A DNA stretch of 63,415 bases, the filler included, from Folioceros fuciformis (Eukaryota), in NCBI GenBank assembly GCA_049999805.1. It is 8 parts of 8 records of this genome, joined end to end, with 100 filler letters (N's around TTAATTAATTAA, not from the genome) between each part and the next. Parts side by side here need not be neighbours in the genome. Positions count along the whole stretch, not along the records: positions 8,491 to 29,218 come from JBNGIO010003425.1; positions 29,319 to 36,465 come from JBNGIO010003426.1; 6 more parts are not named here. The stretch is one strand, 5' to 3'. The notes beneath the pieces are model-generated. The model saw only the letters and a list, made by a program, of their open reading frames with translations. It had not been told where the DNA came from and did not search any database. Shown in pieces: positions 25,740 through 36,565 of this stretch (position 1 is its first letter; each line of letters starts with the position of its first letter). The translations under genes were made by a program, and so were the position numbers.

Positions 25740-26700
25740 TCCTGGTTCAAACTGGAGCCCCTGTTCATGTTCATGGCATCCACAGATTTGTAGACTTGTT
25801 CCAAACAGATAAATCAAGTCCCTCCAGATGCCCAGTCTGGAAATTCTTATTCCTAATCACAGGTCAATGCACTCTCGTTATCCAACGTGCGCCTGAATGA
25901 ACGCACACACCCTATGTTCGACCACAGCTACCTTGGAAGAATCATGCTTCCGAGTGTGACCCCATATCTCGCCTGGGTAGGTGGTCAGAGCCTGCTCCAA
26001 GCTTCAATCTGGGGTCACCAGTTTTATTTATGGCATCGGAAAATCAAGGCTGGCTCCAAGCAGATAGAGCAAGCCCTTTCGGATGCCCAATCTTGAAAGC
26101 TTTCAATTTCCTAATACATTCTCCAATCACCCAGAAACAAAGAAGGGACCTCAAGTCGAGTCAGAGCCTGACCCACCAACCAAGGATACTTTGTGTACAG
26201 AACCGCGAGCTGCAATCTGAACACCCTTTGTCATGACCCCTTTGTCATGACATATGCAGCAACACAACTCTCGAAAAGAGGAGACAACTTGATTGAAGTA
26301 TATTCATATGGAGTCAGCTTCACTAACCTCAACACCGACCTTTTTAACAAATTCAGAGTCTCCCTGACAGCCCAGGATTATCCTCCCGAAGAGTGATCTC
26401 AAGTGAGACCGGTCCAAGAGATTGTTGTCAAGGATCTACAGAAGCCAGTAACATCGAGCATTACACCTCGGAAAGTTCGATACTCCAACTACACAAGAAA
26501 GGAGGAGAGAAGGCATCACATAGTGCCAAACCCCTCCTTGCACGATGGACCCCTCCGGCTAAATGGCAAGCCCAACATAGGAAGCCTGGTCTCGAATGAG
26601 ATAAGTCAGCATTACGAACATATCTTCGGAGTAAGCATCCATCGGTTACAGCTACAAAGCGCAATAATTAGTCATGGCACGCAGTTCGGTCGTTGATCAG
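25740..26700 (+). pseudogene. Candidate decayed endogenous viral element resembling a Mononegavirales L polymerase
   Basis: Frameshifted fragments in L-protein order: FKLEPL; WGH(P)VL..YGIGKSR; NRELQSE..FVMTY; RGDNLI; GVSIHRL..ISHG. Spacings after WGH are much shorter than in intact L. Confidence 0.45.
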
Positions 26701-28214
26701 AAAAAGACAACGGACAAGCTGAGACTTTTAAGGGAGACCTCATTTCCTCGAACATTCGGATATGATCCACGTACCTGGCCTCAAAATATGTTTTAAGGCA
26801 CTGTTGTGACCATGCAAGAACCGGCTCAGGCCGATGAAAGGCGGGCTACCATTTCAGCCCAGAGGTACGGATTCTGGATGTCCCTGAGAGGTGAGGATGA
26901 CATCCGGAGTCATGACATGACACCCACCAACACGGCATCAACAAGCACATGGAGGGAAGACTTCGGGATCACCAGCTCTCAGTTTCCAAATGCCTCAACC
27001 AGTCAGTACCGATAGCTCCTTGCTCAATTTCCTTGCAGTCCAAAGCATCGATATTACTGCCTTTGACAAAACTGGACGTCGGCCAAAAACCACCCAAAAC
27101 ATCCGCATGCAACTTACTTGTAAACCACAGTGCAATCCGGAGGACAAATACCTCAGTGGATGTTGTCGTCCAGCACCTACCCGGAGTGGCAGGACAGACG
27201 AAGACAACGGCCTCACAGTATTAGGGCTCACCAACCTACAACAAGGGCTGGCGAGCCCTAATGTTACGAGGTTCGAGGTTTTCAGCCGACCGGACGTCCA
27301 GCGAGTAGGTGGGAAGTGGATGCCCAAGCGCTCAGTTCTGCCAGGAAGAGGGTAGATCCAGCAACTTCAGCTCACGTTTTGGATGGTGAGAACCAGTGCC
27401 TTGGATAATGTGAGTACAGTAGTTGTCTTTGTATTCGACCTTCACTTCTGAAAATCGAAGGCCAATGAACAGGGGGTTCGGCGGCTGCAGCTGTTCCAAG
27501 ACGACACTTGACTTCTGAAGATACGACGACAGTGCTGATATTAACAGGGTGTTCTAATATGACATACAAACTGCATTGATGTCGGATGAGTTCGGGAAGT
27601 CGTGAACACATGGGCACAGCACATGTCTGTTCCTGTCCGTGGGTTGTGAATTTGAGATTCAACAATACAGCTGCATCCCAAGCTAAGCAGACACGTAGGT
27701 GACCACCGTCACCAGGGCGGAGAGAAGAGTCAAGCTCAGAGTATTGGACGCAGAGCCGAGTCATGGATGATCAAATCCAACGTCCCAGAGATTGTAGCCG
27801 GTCTTGAAGCGGTCTGCTGCTATCCGTGCTGGTCTGCTCGTCAGGTGCAGACTGGTTTGCCGTTAGGCCCTACTCACATTGCGTGAGGCCTCCGTTCGTC
27901 CGCAGTCCGCGTATAGCGGGCACCGGACGAAGCTGTAGCCGCGCGCCGGGCCCTAAAAAATGAGAAAAAACTGAGAGATTCGTTATATGTAGGAATGGTA
28001 TTTAGGGTTTTTAGCTAGAAGGACCCGTTATTCCATCCCGGCCAAGCCCGATAGCTCGGGCTTGCTCTTTTCTTCCTCCACTCTTCAACCTCGTTTTGCT
28101 TTTCATGCACTAGGACTTCGTTTTGCTTTTCATGCACTAGGACTTCCTTCTTCTCACGTCCCACTTCTCATGCTGCCACTTCAGTTTTTCTTACTCTCAG
28201 ACGTACTCTCAGAC

Positions 28215-28515
28215 GTGAGAGTTTGTGTCTGAGTTTTTTTATTTTTTATATATAATTATATTTAGGTGAGAGTCTTGTGTCTGAGTTTTTCTATTTTTTA
28301 TATATAATTATATTTAGGACTTGAGAGTCTTATGTCTGAGTTTTTTTATTTTTTATATATAATTATATTTGGGACTTGAGAGTCTATGTCTGAGTTTTTC
28401 TGTTTTTTATATATAATTATTGAGAGTCTTGAGCCTGAGTTTTTCTATTTTTTATATATGATTATATTTGGGACTTGAGAGTCTTGTGTCTGAGTTTTTT
28501 TTTTTATATATATGA
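28215..28515. repeat. AT-rich tandem repeat, ~55-60 bp unit, 5-6 degenerate copies
   Basis: Repeated gagagtcttgtgtctgagtttttt..tatatataattatattt.ggactt. Confidence 0.85.
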
Positions 28516-28815
28516 TTATATTGATTATCAAAGGTCCAAAGGTCATATTCATATTCTTTATACTTGGAGGATGTATAGTATACGGGAACCTATGACAGTG
28601 TGATGCATGTATTGTTCATATTGTTCATACTACTTTTGGCAGCTTGAAGTGGTGCTCTTCTGGAGACTTTGCACATGCAAAAAAGTCGTATTTGGTGGAA
28701 AGCTCTTCTACAAGGTTATGGAAAGAGTTACAAATGCAAGCTTGGCACTTGCAAGGTCCTGAGAGACGAGATGAGTATTGGCGTAGAGAATACGGAATGT
28801 AATATGCAATGTAAC

Positions 28816-29218
28816 TGTAGGGTTATTAAAGCCCAATGTGCTTAGGCTAATGTGTTTAGTCTAAGATTAGTGTCTAGTTAATGTGCTTAGACTAATGTAT
28901 TTAGTCTAAGATTAGTGTCTAATTAAGTATCATTAGTTTAGATTAACTTAAGCTAATCTGTAGGAAGCTTCTTGCGCAGCTGCCTGTGAGCTTCTTGTGA
29001 AGCTTCATAGGGAGCTCTTCTAGAGGGTATAAATACCCCCTTCAGCTCCCTTGCCAACTACTCTCAATGTGACCTCTTTTTCTCCTCTCCTCTCTGCCTC
29101 CTCTTCTCCTCTCCTCCACCATGCTTCTCTAGTGATCCTACAAGTGGTATCAGAACAGGTTGTGGAGCAAGACCATGAAGATGGCCATCTAGGAGGGGGA
29201 GGGGCGCCACGCAGGTGC
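28816..29218 (+). mobile_element. 5' LTR (28816-29142) plus tRNA-Met PBS of an LTR retrotransposon, cut by scaffold end
   Basis: TGTAGG..CCTACA termini, TATAAATA box, then TGGTATCAGA at 29145. Confidence 0.75.
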
Positions 29219-29318
29219 NNNNNNNNNNNNNNNNNNNNNNNNNNNNNNNNNNNNNNNNNNNNTTAATTAATTAANNNNNNNNNNNNNNNNNNNNNNNNNN
29301 NNNNNNNNNNNNNNNNNN
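29219..29318. other. Artificial scaffold-joining linker
   Basis: N44-TTAATTAATTAA-N44. Confidence 0.97.
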
Positions 29319-29841
29319 CCGCCAGTGGGCAGTCTTCCGGAGGACAGCTGGGGCATCGGAACGAGTTTGATTACCTCGAGCCCACGAAGTTGGATTGCGG
29401 GGGTTTTGCGGGTATTCAGATCTCTTGTGGGTTTAACCACACAGGAGCTGTGCTGGAGCAGCGGTAGGATAAAGGATGGGGATTATGTTCTTTGCGTGTT
29501 TGTTGTTATTTGGTGGGAAGGGGATTGACGGGTAGCCCGCTGCAATGAGCTCCGTCTCCGGCCCAAGGGCCAAGAGCGAAGAATGTAGTAGAAAAATGCA
29601 ATCAGATGTGAAGTTCTTATGGAAGCATGGATAATGACGGCAATCGGAAACGGGTCGAGGGACCCTTAGAGTTCGGCCACGCGGAACTTATGTGGGAAGT
29701 TATGACGGCATTTTGATGAGTCCCTGGCATGTAGTGCATGGATGCCTCCCAACGATAAGGACACATAGGAGGCATGCAGCAGCACCGGGTGGTAGAGATT
29801 CTGGATGTCGAAACTGATGCTACGACTCTGGCAAGTGCGGT

Positions 29842-31574
29842 TCAAGAAGAAGACCTGGAGGATTTGGCCACGGCGGGTTTGCAGTGCCTCTGCAGGTAGT
29901 ATATTCCTTCTTGAATCGTTCCCAGCATGTGGTCTGAAACGCACCATGGGGATACGAGTATGCAGTTCAAGTCCTCCTGCTGTGCCCTGTGCAAGACCCA
30001 TTTTGCCCTCTGGATTTCGTCGAAGGTGGGATATGCTCCGTAGTTCCTCAACTCCGGAGCATTAGACCTTTGTTCCGGTTTCTTCCCGCAGCCGACAGGA
30101 TCACATGCCAGCACATAGAGTTTTCCCGGAGCGTACAGCCTTGGAGGATCCTTCTTCTCGTCCCCTTGGTTGCCGCTCTCGTCGGTCTTCTTCTCCTCTG
30201 CATCATTGTCACCTCCTGCATCTCGGTCTTTTGCGTGTCCAGGCAGGGTCTCGCAGACATTTCGCCGTGCCTCTTTCATGGTCTTGGTTATACCGTCCTG
30301 AGCCTGTTGAGCCTTCTTGCCCACATCCTCCTGAGTTCGCTGGAATGCACGCATGGCTCCGATTGCCTTTTTCAGGTTCTTCCAGTCCTCGTCGTCATGG
30401 GCGACCTTTTCTGCTTCGTCCCAGTCGAAGCTGCAAACCTGCTGCCGGAGCTTCTCCACGGCAGCAATGGAGAAGCGAGGAACCAAGTCGTGTGCCCCTA
30501 GAAAACAAGTGGAGAAGTTGGCACACTCCTCTGCCAGCTCCAGGCTGAGGCAAGCCGGGGGTGCGTAGCCCCAACATTCCAGATCCTTGTACTTGTCCCT
30601 CAGGTTGAGCCCGGACATGATACCCACAGCCGCACCCATGCTGTGCCCCACAATGACAAGCTTCACATCCTTTTGGTCTCGGCCATGAACCTCAAACGCC
30701 TTCTCGATAAGGGGCTCGACTTCCCTGCACAGCACCTCTGATGCATGTGCAAATCCTCCATGAGCAACGCCTTCATGAAAGTCCTCCGGCTGAGCACCAG
30801 AGTTGATCAATATATCCAGAACATGGGAAGTCCCTCTCACTGCCAAAACGACTGCTCCGTACGATGCGTCTACACACACCGCGTACGCAGGCCTGAGAGA
30901 GTCCGAATCCGGCTCCCACTGCGACCCAACAATGGCCGACTCTGGCAGATGGGAAAGGATTGAGAAAGAGCCGGAATCCGGCACGTAAACGGCTTCTGCC
31001 ATGGATCGCCAGTGCTGAGCTTCGTTGAGAAATTGTGCATCCTGCGACTGCTCCTCGGCTGGCTGGCCTGGAGCTTGGGGAGGTCTCTTCTCATTCATCT
31101 GGAAGGAGGGAAGAAACAAGAACAGCAACAGGTTTGTCAACACAACTGCATACCAAAATCCTTGTCATTCCAAACATCCAGTAAGGACAAGAAAAACTAG
31201 CTCACATTCTACACATCCAGCAGGGACAAGGAAAACTAGCTAACACCTTGGCCATGCAAGCCAAACCCAAAGTGAGATCCTGGATACCCCACGGACCAAT
31301 CTGCGATTGCAGACAGGTAGCCCCTTTGGCAATGATCTGCATAGGGTTGCCCTCCGCATTCCTGCTGGTTGCATTTTCCTGCATCTTCCCTACTGCGGCC
31401 TTGCCTGCCTTCCAGGCACCCCATGTCCCCACTCCTATCACCACAGCCCGCCANNNNNNNNNNNNNNNNNNNNNNNNNNNNNNNNNNNNNNNNNNNNNNN
31501 NNNNNNNNNNNNNNNNNNNNNNNNNNNNNNNNNNNNNNNNNNNNNNNNNNNNNTATCACCACAGCCCGCCACAT
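29842..31574 (-). CDS. Class 3 lipase (alpha/beta hydrolase, DAG-lipase-like), 2 exons
   Basis: LAVRGT, AHGGF, GHSMG nucleophile elbow, YAPPAC, DLVPRFS, LYAPGK, SDHM. Exon 1 MWRAVVIGVG..CMAK spans an apparently spurious gap. Confidence 0.9.
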
Positions 31575-31786
31575 CCTGTCCTGTCCTGTCCTGTAGCAGC
31601 AGCAGCAGCAGCAGATTGCACCTCTCGCTGTGGCTAGCTGAGATTGAGGCTAGTCCACTGCTGCCCATCACCCGGGAAGCGGTGCCTCCTTTTCCTCTCA
31701 TGCTGGTAGTGCCAAGTGGCGAGCCTGCAGAAGGATCCACCTGTCGATTTTCTCTCTCTAAATCCGGTGCATGGAAGGATCAGGGT

Positions 31787-34654
31787 ATGGATGTTACCAG
31801 CCGGAGTCGGATTCGCTGGGAACAGTTATTTTCTCCCCTCCTGCTGGTGCGGCCAATGAAGAAGGGAGCTCGATCAGGCAGACTTTTGGTGGATTCGTGT
31901 CTAATCGGAAACAACTCCAGAACCCCAAGGATCCGGCAAGAATGCCGCAGATTTCTGTCATCTCTGCGGGTGGCACCGATCGGTGGTAAAACGCTTGTAC
32001 ATGTAGTTTTTGCTCCAGAGAAAGATGTGAGGAGCATCTTGGACCTGGTGGGGGCCCTTAGTTCTTGCGTTGCATTTGCAGGGGTGGCAGGAGAACGGCA
32101 GACATTGTGGGACGGCCTTGTAGCTGATCCTTCACAGTGGTGGGACAAAAGGTCGAGCAAGGTATTTGCAGGTCGAGCGATTGGAAGCTGCGGTCTCCTT
32201 TGGGCCCAGGTGTTTATGATGGTCGTGTGCAGGTACAGGACAATCATCCAAATTTTGTGCACAGCGCAACCAGGGACGTCTTCTGGGTCGATTCACAGCA
32301 TGGACGGGTCGACAAGGAGTCGCAGTCAGTACAGAGTCGTGGTCCGTGGAGAGCAGGCTATGGTCAGCCTGGATTGCAAGAGGGAGCTGACCGTAAGGAC
32401 GCTAGGAGGTCCAAGTCATTTCCACTCTCATGCTTCCAAGAGTCGATCCCTTTTACCTGTTCTGAGGAGAAGGATGGGAAGGAGAAACGATGATATCTGT
32501 CTGGTCTGACAAATGCTATATCCTGGCAGGTGTGAGGTTGAAACCTGGAGCAATGTATTGGAACATGGGCAACTTAGCGAAGCGGTGGGGTTGCTGGAGT
32601 TGTTGATCAGTACAGGATCTTATGTTCCTGACTCACTCTTGTATCGTGTCCTCAAAAGGTGCATTGCAAGGAAAGATGTGGTTGCTGGAAAGCGTGTCCA
32701 TGCTCTTGCTGTGGGACGTGGATACGAGGCAAACACATTTCTGGTCAACCACATCATCCGCATGTATGCTTTTCATGGAATGCTCGAGGAAGCGAAAGAA
32801 GTCTTTTCCAAGCTGGCTGCACCAGACGTTTTCTCGTGGTTCTTTGTGATCTTAGGACATAGTGAATATGGGCAGCCAACGGAGGCAATCAAACTCTATG
32901 GACAGATGCGAGAGGCAGCTGTAGCGCCGGACAACCACACATTTGTGGCTGTTCTCAAGGCCTGTGGCACGGTAGCTGACCTGGCAACTGGAAAGCTAGT
33001 GCATGCTGATGTTCTTGGGAGCTCCTTGAAGCCTGATGTGTTTGTTGGCAACTGCCTGGTGGACATGTATGCCAAATGCGGGAGCTTAGTGGATGCCCGC
33101 AAGGTCTTTGACAGTCTGCAGACAAAGGACATTGTGACATGGACCTCCATGATTGCAGGATATGCAGAGCATGCCCTCGGTCAGGAAGCACTCGCTCTGT
33201 ATGCGAGTATGCAACAGGACGGCAAGAGTCCGCCTGATCACGTTCTGTTTGTGTGCCTTCTGAAAGCCTGTGCTAGTATTGGAGATTTAGATCAGGGGAA
33301 GCAGCTTCATATTCAGATTCAGGCAAAAGGGCTTGAGGCCGATGCAATTGTCGGGAACTGCTTGGTGGACATGTATGCAAAATGCGGAGGCCTGGAGGAG
33401 GCCCGTGCAATTTTCGAGAGATTGCCTATCAAAGACGTTGTTACGTGGACTGCCATGATAGCAGGGTATGCTCTGCAAGGGCTTGGCCACGAAGCTCTTG
33501 CTGTCTATGCAGCTATGCAGCAGGAGGGTAAGACTGGTGCTGACGAGTTCACATTTGTTTGCCTAATGAAAGCGTGTGCTAGTGTGGGAGCCATACAACA
33601 AGGGGAACAGCTCCATTCCCAGATTCGGTCAAGGGGGCTACAAAACGATGTGGTTGTCGGCAACAGCTTGGTGGACATGTACGCCAAATGTGGCAGCTTA
33701 GCGGCTGCTTGTGGTGTCTTCAACAGACTGCCCAAGAAGGATGTGGTGACATGGACTGCGCTAATGAATGCCTATGCCCTACACAATGAGTGCCACAAGG
33801 CTATGCAGTGCTTTGAAGAGATGAAGCAGCAAGGTGTCATGCCCAACGACGCCACTTTTCTGTGCCTTATCGTGGCATGCAGCCACGAAGGTCTGGTGGA
33901 CAAAGGTCGCCAGTACTTCAAGACGATGGTGGAAGATCATGGCGTCTCCCCAACAGTATCTCACTTCACTTGCATGGCCGACCTGTTCGGGCGAGCAGGC
34001 AATCTACAGGAGGCAGAAGACCTCCTCTTGAGTATGCCATTCGAGGATGGCGTAGCAGGGTGGACATCCTTGCTTAATGCCTGCAAGAGCCATGGTGATG
34101 TGGAGCGAGGGCAGCGTTGCTTCAATCACATAATCAAACTGGAACCTCAGAACGCATCTGCCTATGCGATGTTGGGGAACATCTACACAAATGCTGGCAG
34201 GTGGAGGGATGCAGACAAGATCGAGAGCCTAAGAAAGTCTGCAGGTGCTTGCAAGAAGCCTGCAAGGGCCTGGATCGAGGTAGACAACAGGGTTCACACA
34301 TTCAACGTCGGGGATGAAAGGGACGACCTTTCCTGGAAGCTGAAAAGCGTGAACCTCGTTTTGGGAGATGACACCCAGAAGTCCCACACAGAGTTGGGCC
34401 TGCAGCCATTATCTGACACACTGAAAGAAGATTCTCTGTGTGGGCATGCTGAGAAACTGGCATTGGCCTATGGTTTGCTCAACACTCGAGATGGCACACC
34501 TTTGCTGGTGACCAAGAATCTCCGCATGTGCAACGACTGCCACAATGGCACCAAGGCCATGTCCAGGATTGAGAAACGAGAGATCATAGTCAGAGACGCA
34601 CACCGTGTTCACCGTTTCGTTAATGGGTTCTGCTCCTGTGGGGGTAGGCATTGA
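31787..34654 (+). CDS. PLS-class PPR protein with DYW:KP (GRP-like) domain and N-terminal OSB/PDF-like motif; exons 31787-31985, 32082-32161, 32233-32408, 32530-34654
   Basis: P-L-S repeats (LVDMYAKCG, DVVTWTAMIAGYA, TFVCLLKAC), E motifs, KKPARAWIEV box, HAE..CNDCH, terminal CSCGGRH. The three upstream introns are GT-AG and phase-consistent. Confidence 0.93.
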
Positions 34655-35439
34655 ACTAGCCTCGTTTGAGTAGATGAGGCACAAACATAGCTACCATACT
34701 TGATGAGGAAGGGCAGCTGCCACCTAACTTCACACGCAGCAAACTAGATTCTTCCTGCAAATCTAAACGTCATTCGTTGAAGTAGTCTGCCACCTCGTAA
34801 GTAAGTCGTGGCGGACAAGATAGGTCAAGACTTCTGGAGTCAAGGGAGCTCAACAGCCACAGCTTGAGGGTCACCGGCGCAGCCTACGGCCTGGTTCCTC
34901 TTGGGCCGGAGACTTGGTGCATCCGCGGAATCAATGTCTCCCGAACCTTACTCGGCTTTCACTCGGTATCTACTTGGTTCCTCTCTCTGCACTTTGCATC
35001 CTTCCATCGCAACAAACAAATAATTAGTATAACATTTAAAGCGGCAAGATGAATTGAGTTTGAACAAGTCTTGATTAATAAAGACCACATAATAATTATG
35101 TTATCATGTACATGGTTCACACACCTATGCAAGTTTGAATCAGATTGTTCAGGTGATGCATTGTTCCACAAGCCTCATTCTTTTTGTGTGTTCCGTTGAA
35201 TTAACTAATGCATGATAAGAATGAAAATGCTGGAGTGCGGAGCGGGATATTAACATTCTTCATCTCCAATTCATATCTCCACTTCATATCCAACAACACG
35301 ATATTAACATTCTTCATCTCTAATTCATATCCAACAACACGTTCTCGGGGTATCATTTGTTTGTAGGGCCCAACCTCTCACATGAAATTCAACTGACATA
35401 AATTGAATTCAACTCTTATCATGTCTTGTTAGCAAAGAC

Positions 35440-35960
35440 AGGTTAGGGCTTGCCTTTTTCCTTTAAGCTATGTTGTCAAGGTTTCGTGAACCTCACAAGC
35501 AATCTTTCTACCCCAAAGACACCAAGGCAATCAATAAAACTTAGAGAAACTCAAAACGTAAAGGATGCTGGTGCCTACCTTTTTTTCTTGGAGGTTTCAT
35601 GAAGTCGATGAACAATCTTCTATCTCAACACTCCAAGGCAATGAATAAAACCTAGAGAAACCAAGATAAGAAAAGATGCTTTAGTCAAATGGCCTGCGAC
35701 CTACCTTTTTTTTTCTGGCTAAGCTATCAAGGTTTTATCAAGTCAAAGCTATCAAGGTTTTATCAAGTCAATGAACAATCTTTCTGCCCTAAAATATTGA
35801 GGCAATGAATAAAACCTACAAACCTCGTTATGGAAAGGACTCTTTAATAAAATGGGCTAGGACCTAACTTGTTTTTCTTCCAGCCATGTGGTAAAGGTTT
35901 CATGAACTTCATGAACAATCGTTCTGCTCAAACACATTAGGGCAATCAATAAAACCTAGC
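35440..35960. repeat. Degenerate tandem repeat, ~4 copies of a 130-180 bp unit
   Basis: Recurring aggtttcatgaa..aacaatctttct..ggcaat(c/g)aataaaaccta. Confidence 0.7.
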
Positions 35961-36465
35961 TCAAAGAAAATGAGAGCGCAAAGCAAGTGAGAACTTGGAG
36001 TGGTAGTCGAACTACTAGAAATGTGAAATACCTTGGTGAGCCGAGTGATAGAGAAGGGACGAATGCTTAAACAGAAGAGAGTTTGGCAGGCAAGCAAATT
36101 GTGAGGAAGGGTCAAACAGGGCATACCTCAGTTTCTTTGCTCGGCTTTAAAAATGAGAGTGAGTGGAGGACGCATGGGAGAACCCCACCAGGCCTTGTGC
36201 GCGGAATGGACATACAAGGCCCATGTTCGGCTTGTCACCAAAGCATTTGCAGCCTGAGTGCTGTATCTACTCGGCCGACCATCCAACAAACCCTGGCTCC
36301 CGCATTTGAATAAAATGACGTTAACGAAGAGCGAGGGGGCCAGTTTCGTCGCGAAGTCGGGCCCAGCCCAGGCCGCCCCATCGCAGATCCACCAAAAAGT
36401 CCCATCAAAAGAAAGCTGTGCAGTCCAGCAGACACAGAGGCACTGCACTACACTGCACTGCACTG

Positions 36466-36565
36466 NNNNNNNNNNNNNNNNNNNNNNNNNNNNNNNNNNN
36501 NNNNNNNNNTTAATTAATTAANNNNNNNNNNNNNNNNNNNNNNNNNNNNNNNNNNNNNNNNNNNN
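36466..36565. other. Artificial scaffold-joining linker
   Basis: N44-TTAATTAATTAA-N44. Confidence 0.97.

Noticed and set aside
31307-32509. 400-aa + strand ORF as a separate gene
   Set aside because: Runs through an N gap and introns; the real parts are exons 1-2 of the PPR gene.
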